Below, piece by piece: positions 54,620 to 64,000 of a stretch of 64,000 nt of DNA (position 1 is its first letter; every line of letters starts with the position of its first letter). A model generated the notes under the pieces. The model was not told where the DNA came from. It worked only from the letters and a program-made list of their open reading frames with translations, and made no database searches. The DNA comes from Epithemia pelagica. Its lineage: Eukaryota > Protista > Bacillariophyta. The position numbers and the translations under genes were made by a program. The stretch lies in NCBI GenBank assembly GCA_946965045.2, contig OX337232.1, positions 3,658,001 through 3,722,000 on the forward strand. Reading direction: 5' to 3'.

Positions 54620-55115
54620 TTACGTGCTCATGTAAGTGGACATGTCAATCTCATCCGGAAGTTCAGGAATGTTGACTTCGAAACGTGACTGGACTTTGTT
54701 GAGGATCTCTTGGTCGGGCTCCGGACTAATAAAGGAGATGGCGATTCCCCTCGTTCCAAATCGACCTGCACGTCCGACACGATGCAAGAACTGGTCTGAA
54801 TCATCGGGAAAGTCATAGTTTATCACAACATTGACACGTTCAATATCAATACCACGTCCAAACAAATCGGTTGCCACCAAGATGCGGGCATTGAACTCTT
54901 TGAAGGATTTGTACTGAGAAATCCGCTCTTCTTGTTTCATCCCCGCATGAATGCAAATGGAAGGAAAGTTGCATTCCGTCAATAACCGATTCAACTCCTT
55001 GGCACGAGCGACCTTTGAAACAAAAATCACCACTTGATTAAACTCGAGTGCATCGAGCAAGTCGTTCAGTTTTCGGTTCTTTTCTGCCTCGGCAAGTTTG
55101 GCATAAAGTAGATTA
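54620..55115 (-). pseudogene. UAP56: Orphan C-terminal half of UAP56/DDX39 (Sub2) DEAD-box helicase
   Basis: [29 protein letters not shown]…[16 protein letters not shown]…[46 protein letters not shown]…DMSTYMST. No N-terminal DECD domain anywhere in the window. Confidence 0.9.
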
Positions 55116-55846
55116 CGGATCCCTGATGACATCTGCCCATATACTATGATTTAGATCCATATCATGTTTATTAGATAACTGAATGTCTAACAACTTATCT
55201 AATATAAATTTATCCGAATCACACCAGGAATCGCGAACCACACCCTGAACCACACTCCGAACCACACCTTTTTAGATCTCCCCCTCGGATCAGGGTTGTG
55301 AAGTACGCACACTCACACCTTGTACTTGACTACTAGTCCTTAAGTACACTAAAACTAGTAGCTGTTACTTTACTCTTAGTACTTTAAGTACGTCTAATGA
55401 AAGCATGTACTTTTCTTGTGATACTTACAAGATTAGTTGTCTGTGCTGATTAATTAACGTACTTAACTTTAGATAAGTAAGTACAACAATCTAACCAGAC
55501 TTACTTTACTTAGCAAAAGTATCTGTTGCCGATACTGTGCTGGTACTTTAATATCAACAAGTACCACATCATGAGAGTTTCCCTCGCCTTACTTACTCCA
55601 AGTAAGTACCTTGCTGTCTAACCCAAAGTACTTAATTTAAAACATTAAGTACGTACTTTCAAGTAATCAAAGTACCTACTTCACGCATCAATTTATCACT
55701 TACCTGTTACAGTCTGTTACATACTACTGCTCTCCAAGCTCCAAGGTACAAGTGCAGCGTTCAGTGCAGTGCATAGTGCATCCTGTGTTCCTTGCCCAAT
55801 TCCAATCCCATTTTCCAATCCAAGTAATGAGACATCCCCATTCACC

Positions 55847-57574
55847 ATGTCGATGGATTCTCTCATAGATGACAATTCTCTTCTGCAATTCACATCAACT
55901 TGTCACATCGAGTGGTCTCTGTCATGCTGTGACTCATATTCTCTTTTCATTGCGGACAGTATTACTTCATGCATTCTGGCTCCGCACGAGGAACAATTAC
56001 ATGCGGTTGTTACTGCCTCTGCCTCCTGGCTGAACCGTAATCAGCATTCGATAAAACTTCAGACTCTCTCGGAATGTCAAGCAAGTCACCATTGTATTAT
56101 ACCCAGATTTTCTTTCGAACAACTCCTTTTTCAAGTTAGCTCCCTTATTCTCCAATGGCTCAATGGAACAGACGAACACAACCTTATTTCCATCACATCA
56201 CATGACGAAACAACCGATCTTTATCTTGAAGTAAAATGCACACCGAAGTTCTCAATCTCCCCATGTATGGGTTGTTCCCAGTGCACCTCCTTTGTCATTG
56301 ACGAAATCAAGGAATATCCCGACGACTCTTTGCTGAGTATTGTTCTTGCATGGATACAGCGCAATCAAGCCCAATTCGTTGTCACTGATACCCTAACAGG
56401 TGTCTCCACTGTTCCCAACTCAATTGAAACGGTAATGGAAATTCTACTGAATTATATATCGGAAAAGATAACTCAATTACCGACTCCACCAGACCCCCTA
56501 AGCACACCACCCGTGTCCATCCAAGATGTATCCAAAAAAGCCTCTGACGATTCCACCACATCCTCATTATCTCAATCCACGAACTCTGTGCAGAATACGA
56601 AAACATCTTCTCCTAAAAAGCTCAGTCCATCCCGCCACAAGTACCAAACTCGGAAACAGAATTCTTTACTTTCGAGAGAAATCATTCTTGGGTCAAAATC
56701 TCGCAACAAAGTACAATACAATGATGGGAAAGGACCACGTCGGTTCATGCATGGCGACCCATTCAAAATATCCCCAAGTCGCATTACATGCCCGAATTTA
56801 CCACTCCGGCCATCCGCAACAACTATCGCAGATCGAGAAGCTTTCCTTGACGAACTACAAGCCTTCCACAACGTGCTTAAAAGTTCTGGACTCCATTCTC
56901 CTCGTGATGCCTGGGAAGAATGGATGGACATGGTGGCAGGTGATGACAAACTAGCGGACAAGGCCTTCATGTGTCTCATAATCATTCTTATGAGCTCGAG
57001 TACAACAGACAGTCAATTAGCGGCATTCATTCCCAAAATATTCTCTGCCGGTGTTACCTCCGCTGATGGTGTTCTCGAAGTGGTAGATCGCATTGGAATT
57101 GACTCCTTTTGTGCACTAATTTCTCCAGTTGGCCGTTTCCATCAAAATGCCGAAAGGATTGTCCATTCGGCATCGTACTTTGTCACCAGATATAACGGCA
57201 GGATCCCCAAGGACATATCCATACGAGAGTTGACCTCCTTGTTTGGAATTGGATACAAGACAGCACAAATTGTTGTATCCACTGCATTTGACCGAATAGA
57301 TGGCATCCCATCTGACGTCCATGTTATGCGTTGGTGCGAGGCACTGAAATGGACACCACCACTTTCAAACGACGGTCTACTCTGTTCGAAGTGCATAGAA
57401 CAATGGCTGCCTCCATCAAAATGGGGAATAATCAATCCCCTGTTTGGTGGAATTGGTCAGCTGATACAAAATCCGGAAAAACGTCCGCAATTGCTAGCAT
57501 TATTGGACGAGAACGGCTCTGACATGCTACAATCTATGATTCGCCTTATTCTGAAAGCTTACGGTAAAGACTAA
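55847..57574 (+). CDS. HhH-GPD (endonuclease III/Nth-like) DNA glycosylase with long unknown N-terminal region
   Basis: LIIILMSSSTTD, ISPVGRFHQNAERI, RYNGRIPKD, HhH LTSLFGIGYKTA (Lys at the lyase position), GIPSDVHVMR (catalytic Asp), WLPPSKWGIINPLFGGIGQ. No C-terminal 4Fe-4S Cys motif. Likely ATG at 55847. Confidence 0.85.
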   Translation: MSMDSLIDDNSLLQFTSTCHIEWSLSCCDSYSLFIADSITSCILAPHEEQLHAVVTASASWLNRNQHSIKLQTLSECQASHHCIIPRFSFEQLLFQVSSLILQWLNGTDEHNLISITSHDETTDLYLEVKCTPKFSISPCMGCSQCTSFVIDEIKEYPDDSLLSIVLAWIQRNQAQFVVTDTLTGVSTVPNSIETVMEILLNYISEKITQLPTPPDPLSTPPVSIQDVSKKASDDSTTSSLSQSTNSVQNTKTSSPKKLSPSRHKYQTRKQNSLLSREIILGSKSRNKVQYNDGKGPRRFMHGDPFKISPSRITCPNLPLRPSATTIADREAFLDELQAFHNVLKSSGLHSPRDAWEEWMDMVAGDDKLADKAFMCLIIILMSSSTTDSQLAAFIPKIFSAGVTSADGVLEVVDRIGIDSFCALISPVGRFHQNAERIVHSASYFVTRYNGRIPKDISIRELTSLFGIGYKTAQIVVSTAFDRIDGIPSDVHVMRWCEALKWTPPLSNDGLLCSKCIEQWLPPSKWGIINPLFGGIGQLIQNPEKRPQLLALLDENGSDMLQSMIRLILKAYGKD

Positions 57575-57620
57575 GTTGGTTGAATGTTCATTAAAATACT
57601 ACTTTAGTTCTTCACTGGTG

Positions 57621-60600
57621 TCAATGTTTTTCCTCGTCGTCTTCATTGGTCTCCTCATCGTCCTCATTGGAGTCGTCGTCTCCCACCTCCTCTTCTTCTT
57701 CCTCCTCATTGGCATCCTGGAACTCCTCTTCTTCCTCTTCATCCTCATTCTCCTCATGCTCTGAATTTTCATCTTTATCGTTATCTGACAAGGCATCAAG
57801 CAATCTACGAGAGAAGTTGCTCTCTTTTTCCATATTGTCCGATTGTTCATCGCTCCGACCTGATTGAGTCAATCGTTGTTTGTTCTCTTTCTTCTTCTTC
57901 TGTCTAGGAGACCGCCTCAATTCTTCGCTTCCTGATGACCTTTTTCTCGCTGGTGGTGGATTTGTCTTCTTTGTCGTTGACTTGGAACTGGATGTTGTTC
58001 TAATTTTGGACTGCTTGGCCTTCTTCTGACTCGAAGTTGTTGGTGTTTGGTTAGCCTTCCTCTTCTTCTTTGACCCGGATTCAGGTCCTGCCGTATCGTC
58101 CTTTTTTTGGCTCATCGCTTTTCTCTTTCGTTCCTCGACTGCTTGTTTCCTTGATCTTTCTAGTGATTCAAGACGGTCCATTTCTTCCTGTAGATGAACT
58201 GTGATGGCTTCATCTGTGTCAATGTCTTCTTCGACATCACTTTCCTCATTGTCATCACTGACATCAGACAAGTCCAATGATACTGGCTGTATGTCGTCTG
58301 CTGGCATCGGTACTGTGTCGTCGTTGTTGTCGTCTCCCAAGTCTGGATAGTACTCGTACACAGGTTCCGGTGTGCTACTTGCGAGAATATCGGTCGGCGG
58401 ATTTTTCTTTGCGTTGAAATCTTCCAATTCTTTAGTCGCTTCCTTCAACAACATGTTTCTCAGATATTCTGCCTGCTCTGTGTTCTCGAACAACTGTGGA
58501 GCCCGCTTCTTGCCAGGACCCGAGTGTGTTTCTGCCCCAATTTCTGTCGACGGCAAACTTGTTGCATCTGGATTGTGTTCGTCCGCTACCGAAGGTGCTT
58601 CATTCGCTGTTGTGTTTGTACCGGTGGCATCTTGCCTTGTTGTTGCTTGGTTGTCTCCCCCCTCTCGCGAGTCGTTTCCGATCGTTTCATTAGTAGTATT
58701 GCCATTGTTATCGTTGTCTTCGTCGTCCTCAATGACAATCACATCTTGTTCCTTCTTTTGATTTTCTAAGGCAATCTCCCTTTGAACAATATCCAATCGG
58801 ATTTTTCGTGTCAGCTTCTCCATCGCCCTCATCTCGAAGTTCTTGGCGGTAGTTTTGGTCTGCAACTTGTTTTGTTGAAACCACGAACCAAGGGAAAACA
58901 CACGCTCTTGGAAGGCGTTTGTGGCGGGCTTCGTGAGCCATATGACAGCTGTTGGGAAGACATGTTGGTAGTTGTCCTTGTTTTTCTCCCACCATCCCAT
59001 GACGTCGAAATACTTTCCCACAACAAGGAAATCTGTATCTTGGCATGCCGCAATGAACTGGGCTTTTTCCGGCCCTTTCCATTTCTTGGACTCGGTAGTG
59101 TATGCCTCAGTGGGGTATTTAGTGATCGCCTCTTGCCATCGACCATCGATTTCTCTTTTACATGCACGACGGAAATCTCGGAGACTATCTTCGCATGTTT
59201 GTCTCAAGACCTTGGCCACACGTGCTTCTTCCTCAGCAGCAGACGCCTTACCAGTAATGTTCAATAATGCTCTCTCGTTCAGTTCCTGAGATTCTCGAAA
59301 GTTGCGGAAAGCATTGAACTTTTTGAACGGTACATTTGCAGTTGGAAGAGAGTTGGTCTCTTGCGTCGTATTGCTTTGGGTTGTAGGAGTGCTGCTCTGT
59401 TGTTGTGTTGCCATCAACGAACCAATTCTGGAGTACGACTTGTTCGAGAATTTTTTGATCATGTCCCTGAGAAAAAGTTCCTTCACACGGGCGCCATCGT
59501 TCTGATCATACACTCCCAATGATTGGAAGAACTTAACAAAGATGTTCGTCATCAATGGATGGGCCATAAGAGCCTTTTCGGAGTCATCATTGATGGAACC
59601 ACCATCGTCGCGGACTCTACGCCGTTCCGCCAACAAGGTCTTGAACTCAGCAATGATACGTCGAATAAGAGTCCGTGGACCTGCTTTCAACTCCCCAAAA
59701 GACATGGGATCCCGTTGGCGATCTAATTGGGAAATGGTTATGTCTCCATTCCATCGTTTGTTGACTGGTGTTGTAAGTTTCACTGGAAGACAACCAATGG
59801 AATTGACTGTATTCTTCATTCGATGAGCATAAGACCGAGCGAGATAAATTTGCATTAGGGCAGCGGAAGAGGATCCTGGTTCGTCGGACTGAATGGAGAT
59901 GGAAACCTCCTGTAGTACGACCAAGATTGCCTCGTATTGGGCCAGTGTTTCCCATTGTTCCTGCTGTGGATAACTCTCTTTGAAGTCAGGGTCGGTACCA
60001 AAGTGACGTGAGGCGTAGTCGTCAAAGCACCATTTGTTCCTCAACAAATACTGGATGGTAAGCACACATCCAGAAACACGTGTTTCATTAGGTAGCGGAA
60101 TCTGGACTACGCTTTGGTTCATACGTTCCATTTCTGTGCGAACAGTATCAAACCGGTGGTTTGCCTTCTTGGACATCAACCACGCTGCAAATTTTTTGAA
60201 AACTGAGTACAGCTCCACAAAAGCCTTGTTGTCGTCCACCACTCTCTTATCTCTCGTCCGGACAACCAACCCTGTGGCGTGTTTCAAGACCAATTCGGCC
60301 TTATGCATGTCGCATTTGCCCACATTGGACGAACCCGTTATATATTTCCCTGCAAGCACAGCCGAAGCCGTGTTGTCGTTGACGGACGAGCAGAGATCAC
60401 TTTTGTGAAAGCCCACTGTCTGTAGTAAAGAGTGAGTCAGTCGCGCAACTTGTACAGCAGTGTGACCTTTAGTCTGTGCCAAACCAATTGGGATGCGATA
60501 CACGGCACAATTGCGAGGATCACAGAACATGACAGTGACCCCAAGTACATCGTACTTCTTAGCCTGCCACACATCATGGCATACAGTGGCGAAAGGGATT

Positions 60601-61459
60601 TCCTGTCGGCAAACCTTTTTGTAGTGTTGCCGGACACGGTAGGAAAGCTTGGACACTGTTCTGATGAAATCTTGATACGAAGCAACACGCATGGATGTTA
60701 CTTCGCGACGACTGATCACCTCAGGCCTGGATTCACGAAGAAGATTTGCATTTTTGATAGCAAAGTCGATCATCTTGCGGAACTCTGGCTTCTCCACAAT
60801 AGAAGCGGGTAGACAACAGTCGTTGACGCACTGGTATATGTGTTGCTGCATTTGTTGTCGAATGTTTCTCTTCGTGATCATTCCAGATCCATCGCCACGA
60901 TACATCGTCATTGTCGTTTGCGTCGGACTAGGTTGTTCTGGTGCGTTCGGATCGTCCTTTGTTCCTGGGATGACGAAGTCTTTGTGCTTTCCGTCAGTAT
61001 GCTGTTTTATATTGGAGGGCTTGCCGGTCAGCATGACAACTGCATTAGACAATGGAGTCTCTGGGTCCTTCATACACAACGGGCATAGAACACATCGCTT
61101 GGCAATGAAGGAAAACGGAGTTTTGTAGTCGTCTTTGCTGCTGAGGCTTGTTCTTTTTGGGCAGCCTTGAAAGCTTCGTTGATGCGTTGGAAACCTTTAT
61201 ACATGGTCAAATTCTGTGGATCGTGAGAACTCACAAAGGCCGAGAACTGTACCCAGTCAATGTGGACAGCAAATTTCCAAAGGGGCGACACATTGTGATG
61301 TCCAAAGTGGTCGGAAGGTAGCTCTTGACATTTGGGAACAATCTCCTTTTCTTGTAGGATGAACGACCGGAGAGACTTCTGTTGTGCAGCAATTACTTTC
61401 TCCGATTTCTTTCTCTCAGCATCACGGTCAGCTTTCTTTTTCTTTTGACGGATGGGCAT
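57621..61459 (-). CDS. hAT transposase with BED-like finger, apparently frameshifted near the N-terminus
   Basis: Motifs VCHDVW, VNDNTAS, CDMH, NETRV and ATNAFQERVFS. BED-like CVLCPLC…SNIKQH. The N-terminal segment from ATG 61459 (MPIRQKKK…PLWKF) is one base out of frame with the main ORF, with the switch at ~61110-61190. Confidence 0.85.
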
Positions 61460-61471
61460 GATGATATAATG

Positions 61472-61653
61472 ATTGAAGGAAGCACTGATGGACAAGAGAG
61501 ACTTGTTGCTGTTGTTGTAGATTATGAGAGGACAACAAGTTACAAGGGACCGAGAGGCAACAATTGAAGGAAGCACTGATGGACAAGAGAGACTTGTTCC
61601 TGTTGTTGTAGATTATGAGAGGACAACAAGTTACAAGGGACCGAGAGGCAACA
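61472..61653. repeat. 91-bp tandem duplication upstream of the hAT transposase
   Basis: attgaaggaagcactgatggacaagagag…gggaccgagaggcaaca at 61472 and 61563, with one mismatch. Confidence 0.9.
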
Positions 61654-62784
61654 ACATTCATCCATGTTGGCATGAGACATGGATTGAAAGATATAGGTGC
61701 AAGCGAGTTTTGGAGATGAATGAGAGAGTGGAGAGGCTACTTGCTCCATACTGTGATGTACTTATGGACTTAGAAGTAGATATATACAAATAATAGTACT
61801 TACCGATAGAGCTTTAAGTACGAAGAGAGGTGCTAAGGTACTTGATAGGGGTACTTAAGGTGCCGGTGAGGAGTAATGGTACTTGATAAGGGTACTTAAA
61901 GGATGAGGGTGAGGGAAGTGGTACTTCATTAAGGGTACTTAAGGTGGAAAAAAAAAGAGACGGTACTTGATGAAGAAGGCCTTGCGAAAAGTAAAGGAAT
62001 TGGTATTGATCGAAGGGACTTGGACAAAGGCAAAGGCAAAAGTACTGAAAAAGTACCGTTTTGGCGAAAAATGGGTACTTGGTACTTCACAACCCTGCCT
62101 CGGATTGCTCATTGTATTATACTCGTAATCGATGTTGCAGAGAATTAGATGACTGCTATGCTAGACCGGCTTGCTGGACTTTATCGAGATCTTCAGAAAT
62201 GTATATCTCAATGTCCGTCCAATGAGACGACCAGTGAGCAAGTAAGACTGCTGTCATGATTCATGATGGGTTGGTCGTAATACAAAGGTCATCAACAATA
62301 ATTAATTTACGACCAACGGTTTCCTCTAGAATGACCCAAGGCGTCAAACGCAAAACAATCTTTGTTGGTCCTTTGGGATGCGGAAACGCTCACAAATTGG
62401 TTCTCACATTTTTTGGAAAAGGACTCACACCGACTACACCGCAAGGAACCAACCATACCGCAAAATGGATGTTAAAAAACGAGGAGTCAATATCCCCGAC
62501 AGTGACTTGCCTGCTGAGAAACCAAATATTTCCTTTGAGAATATCAGGACAATGACATTGCGACAGCTGATGGGTATGTTGGATTCAGTTACGGACATGA
62601 GTAAATTATGCAGGATCAAAAAAGCAATCGAGTTGAAGAGAAGATGGGAAGGATTAAACAAGGCGAAGAGAAGATCCTCCTCTTCGACGAGTCGCGCATC
62701 CTCTTCGACGAGTCACGCAACCTCTTTGACGAGGAAGAAGAAACCGAACCAACGTGTGTTGGATTCCACGCAACCCGACGGTGA

Positions 62785-63417
62785 GTGTTACCTACTCCAG
62801 CCAAAGGAAAAGAAATATTTGCAGCAGATAAACGAGAAAACAACGACAAGGCTGTCCAAGATGATGTCAAGTTTCTCATGGACCACTTGGAATCGAATCA
62901 AGAGTTCTCTGTGGATCATCTTCGATCCCTCTATGTCTCGCTCTTGTCTGGGCTGGGCAATGGTGAAGATGGAGAGAGCCTTGATGTGGAAACTATGATT
63001 GATGAGGCAATTGCCAATATCGATACCAATGGCGATGGCATGATTGATGTATTGGAAATGGAGAGTGTTCACATGCCTCATGAGACTGGAGAATTCGTCT
63101 TTGACGATGTTGTAGCTTGTACTAGTACCCCTGACGAACAAGATGAAGAATGCATTACTGCAAACAATATTGTGGAGTTTCTGAATATGTTTTATGGTGG
63201 TCACAAGGTGGTTAGTGATGAGTTGGCTGAGCACATTGTGGAATTGAGTGGAGACGATCAGTGCTTTACTCGTTCCGAGTTTGAAGATGCCTTTGCTGGT
63301 GTTTCGGATGTGGATGAAATCTCGGCCGGAGTCATGTCGCACGGCTACTCCTTTGAGACATCTCTGGTGATTCCTACAGTGGCTCTTGCCGTGGCCGTGT
63401 GGTCCATGGTCATGTGA
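62785..63417 (+). CDS. EF-hand protein with hydrophobic C-terminus; 5' end unresolved
   Basis: EF loop DTNGDGMIDVLE, acidic composition, and C-terminal SLVIPTVALAVAVWSMVM. The ORF begins at GTG with no signal peptide. A possible GTGAGT donor lies at 62781. Confidence 0.6.
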   Translation: MLPTPAKGKEIFAADKRENNDKAVQDDVKFLMDHLESNQEFSVDHLRSLYVSLLSGLGNGEDGESLDVETMIDEAIANIDTNGDGMIDVLEMESVHMPHETGEFVFDDVVACTSTPDEQDEECITANNIVEFLNMFYGGHKVVSDELAEHIVELSGDDQCFTRSEFEDAFAGVSDVDEISAGVMSHGYSFETSLVIPTVALAVAVWSMVM

Positions 63418-64000
63418 ACGCCAGACTACTTGTTACCTGCTACACGATACGTGGATATTGTATTCTTGTCGAATACAGATTTCTAATGGCATACATATCA
63501 TCTTTTTAAAAATCATGTTTTTTTCATTCGTAGAGTATCAACGTGGACGAGCTTGGTTGCTGTCAATAGATTACGGCGAATACTTCTAGCTAGGAACAGA
63601 ACTTCCATGTGGTTTGTGGTTCCCATTTTACCCTAGTACCCGCTGCAATGGTTCAATGGCACAGCCAGCCACGAAAGTGTGATGATTTGTAGAACACTCA
63701 AGTGAGGAAAAAGATTGGTTGCCAACGAGCTGAGAGAAACAGTGTTGTATGAATTGTGTTCTTTCGGTGATGATAACGTTTCGACCCTTGAATAGCTTTG
63801 TCGATTGCATGTCGACAATGCGTGGAGCCTCGACCATGAACAACACAACATAGGAATCAATCATATTCCGGCATTTATAGATAGAAGCACTCAACGTACA
63901 GCGGCTGATTCACTGTTCTTGAAATTTGTAATTGGTCGTACCACCAGGAAAAGAAAAGCGTGGCGCTACAATTCGTCTCGATCACTGTCTGTAGGAGGAG

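Larger units (their letters stand above)
46840..55283. mobile_element. Non-autonomous Mutator-like (Pack-MULE-like) element
   Basis: 9-bp TSD CTCGGATTG at 46831-46839 and, after removing the hAT, 55284-55290 continuing at 62099-62107. Imperfect ~100-bp TIRs lie in identical register (10 nt, then AAAAAGGTGTG.TTCGG.GTGTGGTTC.GGGTGTGGTT). No MULE transposase inside. Confidence 0.75.
55291..62097 (-). mobile_element. 6,807-bp hAT DNA transposon with glycosylase cargo
   Basis: Perfect 16-bp TIR CAGGGTTGTGAAGTAC. 8-bp TSD CCTCGGAT at 55283-55290 and 62098-62105. Dense GTAC(TT) subterminal repeats at both ends. Confidence 0.95.

Noticed and set aside
1-64000. CRISPR array, rRNA or tRNA genes
   Set aside because: No regularly spaced repeat-spacer array and no recognisable rRNA or full tRNA cloverleaf. 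The GGTGTGGTTCGG and GTAC repeats are transposon subterminal motifs.
63600-64000. Protein-like plus-strand frame at the window end (LRETVLYELCSFGDD…)
   Set aside because: Contains in-frame stops, runs off the window and has no identifiable family.

Overview
Eukaryotic DNA, most likely a diatom. This is inferred from a CoDi-type Ty1/copia element, short GT-AG introns and microsatellite-rich stramenopile-like genes. Host genes: AP-1 gamma adaptin, a kelch pseudogene, three tandem ankyrin/coiled-coil paralogs, an HCF173-like NAD(P)-binding/CIA30 protein, two claudin-like paralogs, a cytochrome b561 and an EF-hand protein. About half of the window is mobile DNA whose ends can be read from the sequence. 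(1) A 9.75-kb TA-flanked IS630/Tc1/mariner-like element (20453-30200, 34-bp TIRs) carries a SET + 2OG-Fe(II) dioxygenase fusion gene and two unknown genes. (2) A CoDi-like copia retrotransposon (~40404-46734) has gag and pol in frame across one UGA and LTRs that match only in half. (3) A non-autonomous Pack-MULE-like element (46840-55283, 9-bp TSD CTCGGATTG) carries a putative GPI-anchored protein gene plus glycosyltransferase and UAP56 fragments. (4) A piggyBac nested inside it (49808-54485, TTAA) has a convergent P2X7-ballast/KolX-like ORF. (5) A hAT element (55291-62097, 8-bp TSD) inserted into the MULE right junction carries an HhH-GPD (endonuclease III-like) DNA glycosylase. The main candidate novelty is DNA transposons of unrelated superfamilies each carrying accessory genes, two with chromatin- or DNA-base-modifying catalytic motifs. 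Anti-silencing is one possible role, but that is inference only. No database searches were run, so family assignments rest on motif recognition.
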